Assembly (NCBI GenBank): GCA_014332745.1 | Contig: JACONL010000002.1 | Location: 82,919-146,918, forward strand | From: Alphaproteobacteria bacterium GM7ARS4 | Lineage (GTDB): Bacteria > Pseudomonadota > Alphaproteobacteria > GM7ARS4 | Length of the DNA stretch: 64,000 nt | Direction of reading: 5' to 3' | In this document: positions 1 to 10,849 of the stretch, piece by piece | Layout: each line of letters starts with the position of its first letter | Numbering within the stretch: the first letter of the stretch is position 1 | Notes under the pieces: model-generated | Database searches by the model: none | Told to the model about the DNA's origin: nothing | The model's input: only the letters and a program-made list of their open reading frames with translations | Program-made: the position numbers and the translations under genes

Positions 1-2610
1 GATATAGTCGATATCCATGAGGCCGCCTCGGCGGTGCTTGAGATTCCAGAAGAGCGTATGGGGGTCGAGCATGTTGTGGCCTTTTTCTTTTTCTACGAGC
101 ATGCGCATATGGAGGATGTCTCTTTTGAGCGCTGTGGGGTCGCGTTTGCGCGTGATGATATTGTCGAGCGTCTGGCGGAGGGTTGTGTTGAAGGGTGTTT
201 TTGTGGCGATAATACGGGCTCTTGTGAGCGCCATATGTTCCCAGCACCATGCGTCTTTGGCTTGGTATTTTGTGAATGCTTCTAAACTGCATGCAAGGGG
301 GCCTTGCTCACCAGAGGGGCGTAGGGTCGCGTCAATGACATAGAGCTCACCTTCACTGGTGCGCGTGGAGAGGGCTTGGACAAGATGTTGGGCGAGGCGG
401 TTGTAATAAGGAGCGGGGGTGAGGGATGTATTGCCTCCTTGAGAGCGCGCGTCGAGGGGGAGGGTATCATAGACGAAGATAAGGTCGAGGTCTGAGGCGG
501 CGCATAGTTCGCCTCCTCCCCACTTGCCTAAGGTGATAATGGCGAGCTCACCTTTATGGAAAGTGCCATAGTGTTTCCTATGGTCTTTTTCTACGCGTGG
601 TTTGAGGGCGAGCATCAGACTATCGGCAATATCGGTATAGGCTTGGGCCGTCTGTAAGGCGTCTGTCTGGTGTTGCAGAATCTGTATGCCCAGTTGGCAT
701 TTGCGGTCTTTGCTCCATCGTCTTGCGCTATCCATGCTGTCATGGAGGCTTTCATCATGGCGCATCTCTTGCTCTAGCTCTTTCAGCAGGGCGGCGCGTT
801 GTGGGAGCGCTTTGAGGAAATCGCCTTGGGTGAGGAACTCGATGAGGACGGGACGTCTGGCGAGGCGCGTGGCAAGGCGAGGGGCGACTCCCATGATCGT
901 GGCGAGGAGGGATATGAGCGCCGGACGAAATTGGCACAAGCTAAAGAGTTGCGTGCCAATGGGCATGGAAGAGAGGAATTGGTCGAAAATCATGATGGCA
1001 TAATCGGGGTCGTCTTGGGCGCTCAACGCGTCGATGAGCGCGGGGAGGACACTCTTAAGATTTTGTCGTTCGGCATCCCCTTGGGTGGCGGGATATTGTC
1101 CTCTTATCCATCGCCTTATGCTATCGAGGGCGGTGTCGGTTTTCTTTAGTCCCCTGTCTTTGAGGTAATCCCTTGCGGCATGGCGGTGGTCGGGATTGAG
1201 GATAAGTTGGTGGAGGGCTTCTCCTTGTGATATGCGCTTGTCATCGTCTTCGTCTGTGTGGAAGGCGTCACGATAGATTGTCTCGACAGCGAGGCAATGG
1301 TGGCGGATGGCGTGCTGGAGTCCGTGCAGGCTCTTGTGGCGGGCGAAGAGGGCGAGACTCTCGGCGTCGTCTTGTTGTGAGGGGATATGGTGTGTTTGTT
1401 GGTCTAGGCGCATCTGCATACGATGTTCTAGGGAGCGTAAGAACAGGTAGGCTTCGTAGAGGGTTGTCTGTGTGTCCTTATGGATTTTTTCGCATGTTCG
1501 AAGGGCGCGAAGGCTATCGATGGTCGAGCGTGTGCGTAGAGCGGGTTCTCTTCCACCCCATATGAGCTGCATGGTTTGGACGAAGAATTCGATATCGCGG
1601 ATACCGCCTCGACATCGTTTAATATCGAGTCCGAGAATATCGGCTTTCTGTTTTCCCTTTGCCTGCATGATTGTTTTGACGGCTTTCATTTCTCTGAGGG
1701 CGGAAAAATCCATATGTCGCCTCCAGATAAAGGGCTGTATATAAGAGAGGAATTGTTGCGCTGTCTTCTTATCGCCGCTGACGAAGCGGGCTTTAATGAG
1801 GGCAGCGCGTTCCCAATGCTGTGCCATATTTTCGTAGTAGACTTCTGCTGCTTCGAGAGAGAGGGCGGGGCTTGTCGTGCCATAATCGGGACGAAGGCGT
1901 AAATCAACACGCCAAACATAGCCATGGTCATTTTGCCGCGAGAGGATATCGATGCAGTGATGGATGACCTTGCGGATGAAGGACGACAGGGCCATATGAT
2001 CCAAGGCCAGATGTTGAAAACTCTCATGCTGTGCGTCATAGAAGATCAATAAATCCACATCGCTTGAATAGTTCAGCTCTTCGCCCCCCAATTTCCCCAT
2101 GCCAAGAATGAAGAGGCCACTTTCCTCTATGGGGATTGATTTTTTCCCTTTTGTATGATAGTCCCATGCATAACGTAGGGCGTTATCGATACAGATATCG
2201 GCGACTTTGCTGAGCATGCTCATGCATTGTTCATCGCTCCATAGGTGGCGTAGGTCGGCATAGGCGATGATGAGATGGCATTGTTGCTTGAAATGGCGTA
2301 GATGCGCCATGTGGTCGTGGGGATGCGCCTTGATATTTGCTTTGAGGGACTCGATACAATGCTCCATAAGAACAGAGCAATCTTGGCGAGGGAGTGCGCG
2401 TAACATGGCGCTATGTCGTATGGCACAGCGTTCCAGATAGGGCGAACAGGCGCACAACCAGCTGAAAAAATCATCATCAAGGGACACAGGGGTGTCATGG
2501 GACGACTCTTTTTCCCATTCTGCGCGTAGCTGTTTGTATATCCGTTGCCAACGTGCTGCCCCTTCTTTGAGAAGGGATGCATGCTGTGTCTGTGCCTCTA
2601 TCTTTTCCAT
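1..2610 (-). CDS. glnE: Glutamine synthetase adenylyltransferase GlnE, N-terminal ~870 aa; 3' end and stop lie beyond the window start
   Basis: Manual translation of the minus strand from the ATG at 2610 is continuous to position 1. It contains GlnE-type nucleotidyltransferase motifs (GKLGGEELNYSSDVDLLIF; YVWRVDLRLRPDYGTT; GRGGIRDIEFFVQTMQLI) and the AQHWERAALIKARFV helix. It is absent from the ORF track only because the stop is outside the window. Plus-strand ORFs at 17-1902 are antisense artefacts. Confidence 0.8.
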   Translation of the reverse strand, partial: MEKIEAQTQHASLLKEGAARWQRIYKQLRAEWEKESSHDTPVSLDDDFFSWLCACSPYLERCAIRHSAMLRALPRQDCSVLMEHCIESLKANIKAHPHDHMAHLRHFKQQCHLIIAYADLRHLWSDEQCMSMLSKVADICIDNALRYAWDYHTKGKKSIPIEESGLFILGMGKLGGEELNYSSDVDLLIFYDAQHESFQHLALDHMALSSFIRKVIHHCIDILSRQNDHGYVWRVDLRLRPDYGTTSPALSLEAAEVYYENMAQHWERAALIKARFVSGDKKTAQQFLSYIQPFIWRRHMDFSALREMKAVKTIMQAKGKQKADILGLDIKRCRGGIRDIEFFVQTMQLIWGGREPALRTRSTIDSLRALRTCEKIHKDTQTTLYEAYLFLRSLEHRMQMRLDQQTHHIPSQQDDAESLALFARHKSLHGLQHAIRHHCLAVETIYRDAFHTDEDDDKRISQGEALHQLILNPDHRHAARDYLKDRGLKKTDTALDSIRRWIRGQYPATQGDAERQNLKSVLPALIDALSAQDDPDYAIMIFDQFLSSMPIGTQLFSLCQFRPALISLLATIMGVAPRLATRLARRPVLIEFLTQGDFLKALPQRAALLKELEQEMRHDESLHDSMDSARRWSKDRKCQLGIQILQHQTDALQTAQAYTDIADSLMLALKPRVEKDHRKHYGTFHKGELAIITLGKWGGGELCAASDLDLIFVYDTLPLDARSQGGNTSLTPAPYYNRLAQHLVQALSTRTSEGELYVIDATLRPSGEQGPLACSLEAFTKYQAKDAWCWEHMALTRARIIATKTPFNTTLRQTLDNIITRKRDPTALKRDILHMRMLVEKEKGHNMLDPHTLFWNLKHRRGGLMDIDYI

Positions 2611-2633
2611 TAAAGAAAGGGTAAAATGGTGTC

Positions 2634-5600
2634 ATGCTGATGAGACGTATTATAGTCATTTTTTCCTCCCTCATGGTCGTTTTCCTTATGGGCACGGCTT
2701 CTTATGTTGTCCATATGGTCTTTGTCAACAAGGAGTCCCTGTCCTTAGGCGTTTTTTCGCCTTATGTGTATGGGGCATTGGTGGATGTGGGGGATGACTA
2801 TCATTGGGATGTGGAGGCGTCTGTTCTTCGTTGGGATGAGGATGGGCTCTTTTACGACATAGAGCATGTGGCCATTGATAATCGTGTGTTAGGGTTAGCA
2901 GTGGACATTCCGCGGGTGCGGGTTGCCTTAGGTTGGCCTCGTTGGTTGGGGGGTGAGGGGGTGGTGCGTCGTCTCGCTGTGGGAAGCACACAGGTGTTTT
3001 TAAAAATGCACGAGGAAGGCTCTTTCCTTGAGGCGATGGTCGTGCGCCTGCTGACATGGTCGAAGGGCGGGGGTGAGGGAGTCTTATTATTATTGAGTGA
3101 TATGTTTTCTGCGCCCCTTGATTTCTTTGTGTTAGAGGATTCTCAGATGATTATCGAGAATCATACGGGGAGTAAGAGGTTTCGTTTGGAACTCGATACC
3201 GTCTCCTTCGAGACAAAGGCGAAGGAGGGGCTCTCTGGAGATATTGCCTTGCGCATGTATGCTGAGAGGTGTGGGGGGCGTGACATGGATGAAGGGCCTC
3301 GAGGGTCGGCTGCCTTCTCTTACCATGTGTGGGATGATGTTGCGCCGTCAAGGAGACGATATTTTGCCCTTCAATTGTCCTCTTTCACCTTAGCGCAGCT
3401 GGCGCCATGTCTCGAACAAGGTGAGACGTCTGTTCTTTCGTCTCTTTCTGTGGATGAGGTAGAGGGGACGGTCGAAGGGTTTGTGGATGATATGTCGAAC
3501 ATTCCTCAATTGTCTTTCAAGTTGGCGGGGAAGATGCGTGATATTCAGGCGCCACGTTTTTATACGATAGGAGAAGGGCATTCTTCCCCGGGGATTGAAT
3601 CTTTCCATCTCCATATCGATATGAATTTTGTCGCCCGTGCCATGCGTGTGCGCGATGTGCGTTTCCGTCTGGCTGGTGGCGGCGTGGTGTCCTTATTTTC
3701 CCATATAAGCGATGTCCATGGGACAGAGACCTACCATGTGCCTATGGTGTTGTCTTTTGAGTCGCTGGATTTGCGTGTCGTCTCAGCGTTATGGCCAAAA
3801 AATCTGTCGACGTCGGCGCGCGCATGGGTGTTGAAGAGGTTGCGACAAGGCACGATAGACTATGCTCAGATGCATATGGATGTGATGTTTTCTCCATCGA
3901 GTCCTGACCCTTATCGCTTGGAGTCGTTTCAAGGGGATATGTTTTTCCGCGAGACGCATTTTTTGTCTTTGGATGATGCCTCTCTGTTGGTGAGAGGTGA
4001 TGGCGTTGCCTATTATGACGAGACACGTTTTGACATCGATATTGTGCGAGGGATGATCCATGACGTTGCCATTGGCGGTTCGACGATGCGTTTCATTGAT
4101 TTAGATAAGGTTGGCATGGAGCGCGCCGAGATGGACATTCATATCACGTCTGACCTGGAGGATTTTTTCTACGTCATGGATACCTATTCTCTGTATGGCG
4201 ATTTTCCTTTGGTGGTAGAGCGTGATAGATTTGGCGGGTTTGTCAATGCCATATGTTTTTTGCGCTATGTTCTTCGTGATGACCCGCAAGAGGAAACGCA
4301 TGTGGCGTTTGCGGGCGACATTCTTCATTTTTGGGTGAAGGATGCGTTTGCGGGCTATGATTTGAGCAGTCCAGCTGTTCAGTTCACATTGGATGACGAC
4401 TCCTTGTATGTGGAGGGGAGCGTTGAGATTGGCGGGGGTGTGGCGAAGGGTGTGGCGTCCTATGAGACATTTTTTTCCCAAGAATCGACCTATGTGAGAC
4501 GAGAGCGTTTTATGGGATGGTATCATGCCGACCAGCATGTGTTTGAGGGCATTCGTGTGGACGGCTCTCTGTTTGTGGATGATAGGACATTGCATAGGCG
4601 TGATGGGAGTGAGGAGAGGCGGATAAAAATCGATGGGCGTCATAGCGCTGTGCGTTTCCCTGTCTTTTTCTGGGAGAAGGAGAGGGGGACAGAGGCGTTT
4701 GCCGAGGTGACCATGCAATTTGATGCCGATGGTGTCTTGGTGGTAGCGCCTATCACCATAGGCGGGGAGGGTATCGATGTGCGCGGAACAGCGCGTTTGG
4801 TGAAATCTGGGGAGTCCTACAGCGTGGTGTCCCTTGATTTTCCTGTCATGCGTTTAGGGATGAGTGATGTCGCCCTGCAATGGGACGATATGGGACAGGT
4901 GAGGACATTAACCATCGAGGGTGATGACGTCATTTTGTCATCTCTTGCGGATGTTATGTCTTTTTATCGAGAGACATTTGCCTCAGGAACGGAAAAGGAA
5001 GGGACAGATAAAGACGTGGCGATGTCGTTGGCGTTGGGTCGTCTGAGGTTCGCAGAAGGCGCGACGCCAGCGCTGACAGATGTCGCCTTATCTTTCGTCA
5101 CGCGTGATACATTGTGGCGGCGTTTCACATGGACGGCAGAGACACGCCATGGAGATGGGTGGGGGGATGGGCGCGCAGCGCGCCATGAAGTCTCGTTAAG
5201 CGGTGGCGAGGACGATGCTTCAGACAGGAATTTACAGATGCTCAGCGAGGATGTCGGCGCGTTTCTCCATGCCTTCACAGGTTATGACGGCATTGACAAG
5301 GGGCGGATAGATATATCGGGTTTTTTCTTGGATAGCGCGCCAGAGAGTTCGCGTCTTTTTGACGGGACATTCCTTGTGGATGATATGGTCATTAAGGATT
5401 CCCTGTTGGTCACGCGTCTGTCTAATATGTTGTCGCCTTCTGGTATCGTGAAATTTTTCACAGGAGATGGGAGCATTTTGTTTGAGGAGGGGGACGGCGT
5501 GATTTTTGTAGAGAGGGGAAGTGACAAGGCGCATCTTCAAGGCGGTGTCTTATGGGGCGATACGTTAGGGATGACGGTGGATGGCTTTTATGAGCTGTCT

Positions 5601-5822
5601 GGTGACAGATTATCTCTAGAGGGCGTTTTTGTGCCATCGTATGTCCTCAATAATTTTTTGGGCAAGATTCCCGTCATTGGCGATTTTGGCGGTGGTGACG
5701 AGAGTCACTTTGTGGGCGTTCCCTATACGTTGGACTCTGTGGGTGGCCAGTATGATTTTGACATCACATTGGGGTCATCTCTGGCGCCTCCCTTGTTGCG
5801 GCGTTTCTTGGATGTCTTTTAG
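2634..5822 (+). CDS. Large N-terminally membrane-anchored AsmA/YhdP-like (DUF3971-type) protein
   Basis: 1062-aa ORF with an N-terminal TM helix (IIVIFSSLMVVFLMGTASYVV) and an AsmA-like C-terminal region (VPSYVLNNFLGKIPVIGDFGGGD). It is divergent from glnE and convergent with tyrS. Family assignment rests on architecture and recalled similarity. Confidence 0.5.
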   Translation: MLMRRIIVIFSSLMVVFLMGTASYVVHMVFVNKESLSLGVFSPYVYGALVDVGDDYHWDVEASVLRWDEDGLFYDIEHVAIDNRVLGLAVDIPRVRVALGWPRWLGGEGVVRRLAVGSTQVFLKMHEEGSFLEAMVVRLLTWSKGGGEGVLLLLSDMFSAPLDFFVLEDSQMIIENHTGSKRFRLELDTVSFETKAKEGLSGDIALRMYAERCGGRDMDEGPRGSAAFSYHVWDDVAPSRRRYFALQLSSFTLAQLAPCLEQGETSVLSSLSVDEVEGTVEGFVDDMSNIPQLSFKLAGKMRDIQAPRFYTIGEGHSSPGIESFHLHIDMNFVARAMRVRDVRFRLAGGGVVSLFSHISDVHGTETYHVPMVLSFESLDLRVVSALWPKNLSTSARAWVLKRLRQGTIDYAQMHMDVMFSPSSPDPYRLESFQGDMFFRETHFLSLDDASLLVRGDGVAYYDETRFDIDIVRGMIHDVAIGGSTMRFIDLDKVGMERAEMDIHITSDLEDFFYVMDTYSLYGDFPLVVERDRFGGFVNAICFLRYVLRDDPQEETHVAFAGDILHFWVKDAFAGYDLSSPAVQFTLDDDSLYVEGSVEIGGGVAKGVASYETFFSQESTYVRRERFMGWYHADQHVFEGIRVDGSLFVDDRTLHRRDGSEERRIKIDGRHSAVRFPVFFWEKERGTEAFAEVTMQFDADGVLVVAPITIGGEGIDVRGTARLVKSGESYSVVSLDFPVMRLGMSDVALQWDDMGQVRTLTIEGDDVILSSLADVMSFYRETFASGTEKEGTDKDVAMSLALGRLRFAEGATPALTDVALSFVTRDTLWRRFTWTAETRHGDGWGDGRAARHEVSLSGGEDDASDRNLQMLSEDVGAFLHAFTGYDGIDKGRIDISGFFLDSAPESSRLFDGTFLVDDMVIKDSLLVTRLSNMLSPSGIVKFFTGDGSILFEEGDGVIFVERGSDKAHLQGGVLWGDTLGMTVDGFYELSGDRLSLEGVFVPSYVLNNFLGKIPVIGDFGGGDESHFVGVPYTLDSVGGQYDFDITLGSSLAPPLLRRFLDVF

Positions 5823-7102
5823 GGCGTGTAAGTGATACGTCGATGATGTTTTTTTCCTTTGGAGAGGATGCATTGTTTGTCTGTATCGAAATGCTGTAGG
5901 GAGAGGGTCATGTGTTCGTCTGTGATGGTTTGTCGATTGATTTTGATAGCCTGTTGCGCGATGAGGCGTTTGGCGTCGCTACGGCTTTGACATAGGGCGC
6001 TCGTCATGAGGACATCGATGAGGGGGAGTCCGTGTTCTAGTTCTTGTTGGGTGAGGGTCGTGAGGGGCAAGTGATGTCCGATATGGTGTTTTTCGAAGGT
6101 GGCATCGGCGCTTTTTCTTGCGTCCCGCGCGGCGTCAGCGCCATGGAGGAGTTGGGTGGTGGCGTCAGCGAGCGCTTTTTTTGCGTCATTGAGTTTTTCG
6201 CCTGCATGGTCTGTGAGGGCGTGAATGGTGTCCACATCGATATCGGTAAAGAGGAGGAGGCATCGTCTCACATCGTCATCTCGACAATTGCGCCAGAATT
6301 GCCAATAGTCCCAGACGGATGTTTTATCGGCATGGAGCCATATGGCGCCTTGGGCGGTTTTTCCCATTTTTGCGCCTTGGGCGGTTGTCAGCAAGGGCAT
6401 GGTGAGTCCGTAGAGGGGTGGCAAAGAGGTTTTTTTGCGCGCCAGTTCGATCCCTGTGGTGATATTTCCCCATTGGTCGCTTCCTCCCATCTGTATGTAG
6501 CAGGCGTGCTGTTGTGCCATGACGAGGAAGTCATAGGCTTGGAGGACCATGTAGTTAAATTCGAGGAAGCTGAGATGTTGTTCGCGTTCCAGCCGTAGGC
6601 GTACGGAGTCGGCATTCAGCATGCGATTGACGGAGAGATGGCGTCCTATGTCTCTGAGGAATGGGATAAGGGCGAGGGGTTCTAGCCATGTGGCGTTATT
6701 GAAGGATTGGAAGGCGTTTGGGGCTTTTGGCGCGCATTGGATTTTGTCGAAGAGGGTTTGGATGGCTTGGCTGTTTTTGTGGATGGTATTTTTGTCGAGG
6801 AGGGCGCGTGTTGTATCTTTGCCAGAGGGGTCGCCTATGAGGCTTGTTCCTCCTCCCATGACGATGATGGGTTGATGGCCATGTTTTTGGAAGAGGCGTA
6901 ACATCATGAGGGGTGTGAGGCTTCCCACATGGAGGCTATCGGCTGTGGCATCGAAGCCGATATAGGCTTTGGCGTCTTTGTGTGTGTGGAGGACGTTATC
7001 GAGGGCTTGATAATCGGTGCATTGGTGGATGAATCCCCTTGCCCATGCCTCTTGGAGAAATGAGGAACGAAAGGGGTAAGGAGGTGATGGTGTGGCGTTC
7101 AT
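5819..7102 (-). CDS. tyrS: Tyrosyl-tRNA synthetase
   Basis: 427 aa with a class I aaRS HIGH-type region (FDATADSLHVGSL), KMSKS-type KMGKT and a C-terminal S4-like region. Confidence 0.9.
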   Translation of the reverse strand: MNATPSPPYPFRSSFLQEAWARGFIHQCTDYQALDNVLHTHKDAKAYIGFDATADSLHVGSLTPLMMLRLFQKHGHQPIIVMGGGTSLIGDPSGKDTTRALLDKNTIHKNSQAIQTLFDKIQCAPKAPNAFQSFNNATWLEPLALIPFLRDIGRHLSVNRMLNADSVRLRLEREQHLSFLEFNYMVLQAYDFLVMAQQHACYIQMGGSDQWGNITTGIELARKKTSLPPLYGLTMPLLTTAQGAKMGKTAQGAIWLHADKTSVWDYWQFWRNCRDDDVRRCLLLFTDIDVDTIHALTDHAGEKLNDAKKALADATTQLLHGADAARDARKSADATFEKHHIGHHLPLTTLTQQELEHGLPLIDVLMTSALCQSRSDAKRLIAQQAIKINRQTITDEHMTLSLQHFDTDKQCILSKGKKHHRRITYTP

Positions 7103-7206
7103 GGGTGATATGGTGATATAGGGTCTTGACGTAGGGGGCGTGTCGTTCTAGTGTGACCCTTTGTAGAGAGGGTGTGATGACTGACGAACGTGGGAGGTGG
7201 GAGCAT

Positions 7207-8898
7207 ATGGCGTCCAAAGGAAAATACAAGAGCGATATTGAGATTGCAAGGGCGGCGCATTTGCGTCCCATCATTGAGCTGGCCCGTGATAGGTTGGGGA
7301 TAGAGGCTGGTGACCTTCATCCCTATGGCCATGACAAGGCGAAACTTCCCCTAGAGTATATTGACAGCATGCATGGGCGTAAAGACGGCGTTCTGATTTT
7401 GGTGACAGCCATGACGCCGACGAAGGCTGGCGAAGGCAAGACGACCACCACCGTTGGTTTGGCTGATGGGCTTAATCGTCTAGGCAAGAGTTGTATTGCG
7501 GCATTGCGAGAGCCTAGTTTAGGGCCTTGCTTTGGCATGAAGGGGGGAGCAGCGGGGGGAGGATATGCGCAAGTGGTGCCGATGGTTGACATCAACCTTC
7601 ATTTCACGGGGGATTTTCATGCGATAACGTCGGCCCATATGTTGCTCTCGGCGATGGTGGATAACCATATTTACTGGCGTCATGACCCAAAGTTAGATCC
7701 TCGGCGCGTGGTATGGCGTCGTGTCGTCGATATGAATGACAGGGCGCTACGCCATGTGACAATCTCTCTGGGGGGTGTTGCCAATGGCTTTCCTCGTGAA
7801 GATGGCTTTGATATTACGGTGGCGTCAGAGGTGATGGCGATCTTATGTTTGGCGACAGACTTACAGGATTTGCGAGAGCGTTTAGGCAAGATTATTGTGG
7901 GGTATGACGAGAACAGGCAGGCTGTGACGGCGCGTGACCTCAAGGCAGACGGGGCGATGACGACGTTGTTGAAGGATGCGTTACAGCCCAATTTAGTGCA
8001 GACGTTAGAGAACAACCTTGCCTTTGTGCATGGTGGACCTTTTGCCAATATCGCCCATGGCTGTAATACGGTGTTAGCGACCAAGACGGCGCTGACCTTA
8101 GCGGATTATGTGGTGACGGAGGCGGGTTTTGGCGCGGATTTAGGGGCTGAGAAATTTTTTAATATTAAATGTCGTAAGAGTGGTCTTCGTCCGGCGGCGG
8201 CTGTTCTTGTGGCGACGGTGCGCGCTTTGAAGTTGCATGGCGGCGCTGATGAGAAGGCGCTCAGTCGCGAGGATGTGGGCGCTGTGAGTCAGGGATTGCC
8301 TAACGTTCTTCAGCATGTGGAAAATATCCAAAAGTTTGGCATTCCCGTCGTTGTGGCGATCAATCGTTTTCCCACCGACACGGAGGCTGAGATACGTGAG
8401 GTGCAACAGGCATGTCGGGAGCAAGGTGTCTCAGCGGTGTTGGCGGAGCATTGGGAGAAGGGGGGTGAAGGCGCTGTGGATTTAGCGCAGGAAGTCATTA
8501 ATGTGGCATCGAGAGGGAAGGGGGCGTTCACACCGCTCTATGACGACAAGACTCCCTTAGAAGAGAAGATAGAGATTGTTGCGCGGGAGATTTATCGTGC
8601 CGATGGTGTCGACATCGGGGCGGTGGCAAAGAAGAAGTTGCAAGACTACAAGGACATGGGCTTTGGTGATGTTCCTATCTGTATGGCGAAGACCCAGTAT
8701 AGTTTTTCCACCGACCCCAGTCGCAAAGGGGCGCCGAGAGGTTTTCGTCTTCCTGTGCGTGATGTGCGTTTATCGGCTGGCGCTGGTTTTGTCGTTGTCT
8801 TAGCGGGCGATATTATGACGATGCCGGGCTTGCCATCTCGTCCCGCCGCTGAGAGTGTGGGTGTCGATGATAAGGCTGTTGTCTATGGCTTGTTCTAG
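7207..8898 (+). CDS. fhs: Formate-tetrahydrofolate ligase
   Basis: N-terminus [17 protein letters not shown] with the [20 protein letters not shown]-loop typical of FTHFS, about 563 aa. The ATG at 7207 is preferred over the track start 7153. Confidence 0.9.
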   Translation: MASKGKYKSDIEIARAAHLRPIIELARDRLGIEAGDLHPYGHDKAKLPLEYIDSMHGRKDGVLILVTAMTPTKAGEGKTTTTVGLADGLNRLGKSCIAALREPSLGPCFGMKGGAAGGGYAQVVPMVDINLHFTGDFHAITSAHMLLSAMVDNHIYWRHDPKLDPRRVVWRRVVDMNDRALRHVTISLGGVANGFPREDGFDITVASEVMAILCLATDLQDLRERLGKIIVGYDENRQAVTARDLKADGAMTTLLKDALQPNLVQTLENNLAFVHGGPFANIAHGCNTVLATKTALTLADYVVTEAGFGADLGAEKFFNIKCRKSGLRPAAAVLVATVRALKLHGGADEKALSREDVGAVSQGLPNVLQHVENIQKFGIPVVVAINRFPTDTEAEIREVQQACREQGVSAVLAEHWEKGGEGAVDLAQEVINVASRGKGAFTPLYDDKTPLEEKIEIVAREIYRADGVDIGAVAKKKLQDYKDMGFGDVPICMAKTQYSFSTDPSRKGAPRGFRLPVRDVRLSAGAGFVVVLAGDIMTMPGLPSRPAAESVGVDDKAVVYGLF

Positions 8899-8931
8899 TG
8901 AGGGTGAGGGCATGGGGAGACATGATGTGAT

Positions 8932-9501
8932 GTGGCGGGCTCGATGATGGCGCATGACGGGATAGTGGGTGTGTCGTGGCATGGGACGACTGTTTTAGCG
9001 GTGCGGAAGGGGGGACAGGTCGTCATGGCGGGCGATGGTCAGGTCACCCATGGGCAGACAATTCTGAAGTCTAATGCCAACAAGTTGCGTGTCATGCAGA
9101 AAGGACGTATCATCGCTGGCTTTGCTGGCAATACGGCTGATGCGTTGACGCTCTTTGCGCGCCTCGAGAACAAATTGGAGGAGCATGGTCGCCTCACACG
9201 CGCATGTGCCGAATTGGCAAAGGAGTGGCGCATGGACAAGTATTTACAGCGTTTAGAGGCGATGATGCTTGTTGCTGACAAAGAGCATACATTTCTTTTA
9301 TCTGGGTCTGGAGATATGATACAACCAGAGTATGACGTCATCAGCATTGGCTCTGGCGGCAATTATGCGATGGCGGCGGGGCGCGCTCTTTATGGGCGGG
9401 ACGATATGGATGCGGAGGCGATCGTGCGAGAGGCTATGGCGATCGCCGCTGACTTATGTATTTACACGAATCACGCCATCACGGTTCTAAAGGCAACGTA
9501 A
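8932..9501 (+). CDS. hslV: ATP-dependent protease subunit HslV
   Basis: [39 protein letters not shown], with the N-terminal Thr nucleophile after a short alpha-type leader. Located directly upstream of hslU. Confidence 0.9.
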   Translation: MAGSMMAHDGIVGVSWHGTTVLAVRKGGQVVMAGDGQVTHGQTILKSNANKLRVMQKGRIIAGFAGNTADALTLFARLENKLEEHGRLTRACAELAKEWRMDKYLQRLEAMMLVADKEHTFLLSGSGDMIQPEYDVISIGSGGNYAMAAGRALYGRDDMDAEAIVREAMAIAADLCIYTNHAITVLKAT

Positions 9502-9520
9502 AGGCACGGGAGGCGAGTCT

Positions 9521-10849
9521 ATGGCGGCAGAACAACAGCGTTTCTTTTTACCCAGTGAGATTATCTCTCAGCTTAATCGTTTTATTGTGGGTCAAGAAGG
9601 CGCGAAGAAGGCGGTGGCTGTTGCCCTACGTAATCGTTGGCGACGTCAACGGGTGGCTGACCATGCTTTGCGTCAAGAGATTCTTCCCAAGAATCTCCTC
9701 ATGATAGGGCCGACAGGGGTTGGCAAGACAGAGATAGCGCGTCGGCTTGCCTCTCTGTCCAGCTCACCTTTCATCAAAGTCGAGGCGACGAAATTCACAG
9801 AAGTAGGCTATGTGGGGAGGGATGTGGAACAAATTGTCCGCGACCTTGTGGGGGTGGCCATCAATATGACTCGCCATGAGATGCGTGAGAAAAACAGGGA
9901 GGCGACTGAGCATGCTGTTCTCAAGATGCTGCTCAGGAAGCTAGAGAAAGAGGACAATGCTGTCTACGATGCGAGCCACATAGAGCCTTTACGTGAGGGG
10001 CGCTATGACCATAAGAACGTCACTATTGAGACGTCAGAGAGTTCATCCTCCTCCATGCCGTTGATGGATATTCCGGGTGTGCCGGGCGCGCAGATAGGCA
10101 TGATGAATGTCAACGACATGATAGGCCGCATGATGGGTGGCGGACGCAAGAAGAAACGACAGGTGAGCGTCAAGGACGCAAAGAAAATTCTCTTTGAGAT
10201 AGAGAGCGACAAGTTAATGGATGAGGAGCATGTGGCGCGTCAGTCTATCGAGAAGGTTGAGGAGCATGGCATTGTGTTTCTTGATGAGATCGACAAGATA
10301 TGTGTATCGCGTGATGGCAGGCGTGGTGGCGATGTGAGTCGTGAAGGCGTGCAGCGTGACCTTCTTCCTCTTATTGAGGGGACGATCGTGCAGACTCGTC
10401 ATGGCTCTGTGAAGACAGACCATATTTTATTTATTGCGTCTGGTGCGTTTCACTTTGCCAAGCCGTCTGATTTGATGCCCGAGTTGCAGGGGCGTTTGCC
10501 TGTGCGTGTGTCGTTGGAGTCGTTATCCCGTGAGGATTTTGTCCGTATTTTGACGGAGCCTGAGAATAATTTAGTGCGTCAATATAAGGCGTTAATGGAG
10601 ACGGAAGGGGTTATGCTTGAGGTGACGGAGGATGCCATTGAGGAGATCGCGGCGATGGCGACAAAAATCAATGCCGATGTGGAGAATATCGGGGCGAGGC
10701 GTCTACACACGTTGTTAGAGAAAGTTCTCGAGGACATCAGTTTTAGGGCTGGTGATACGGAGGGTGCGTTTTCCGTTGACAAGGCCTATGTGCGTGAGCG
10801 TTTGCGTGATGTTGTGAGTGAGCAAGACTTATCGCGCTTTATTTTGTAG
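9521..10849 (+). CDS. hslU: ATP-dependent protease ATPase subunit HslU
   Basis: 442 aa with the Walker A motif IGPTGVGKTEIARRLA and an HslU-type N-terminus (IVGQEGAKKAVAVALRNRWRR). Confidence 0.92.
   Translation: MAAEQQRFFLPSEIISQLNRFIVGQEGAKKAVAVALRNRWRRQRVADHALRQEILPKNLLMIGPTGVGKTEIARRLASLSSSPFIKVEATKFTEVGYVGRDVEQIVRDLVGVAINMTRHEMREKNREATEHAVLKMLLRKLEKEDNAVYDASHIEPLREGRYDHKNVTIETSESSSSSMPLMDIPGVPGAQIGMMNVNDMIGRMMGGGRKKKRQVSVKDAKKILFEIESDKLMDEEHVARQSIEKVEEHGIVFLDEIDKICVSRDGRRGGDVSREGVQRDLLPLIEGTIVQTRHGSVKTDHILFIASGAFHFAKPSDLMPELQGRLPVRVSLESLSREDFVRILTEPENNLVRQYKALMETEGVMLEVTEDAIEEIAAMATKINADVENIGARRLHTLLEKVLEDISFRAGDTEGAFSVDKAYVRERLRDVVSEQDLSRFIL

Noticed and set aside
17-1902. Several plus-strand ORFs of 60-116 aa (17-343, 686-1003, 799-1149, 1227-1565, 1576-1902)
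   Set aside because: They lie antisense to, or in an alternative frame of, the continuous glnE reading frame on the minus strand. Their translations are low-complexity Arg/Gly-rich, with no recognisable domains, which is typical of high-GC artefacts.
8800-8982. Small minus-strand ORF bridging the fhs-hslV junction
   Set aside because: It overlaps both conserved gene ends on the opposite strand and has no motifs.
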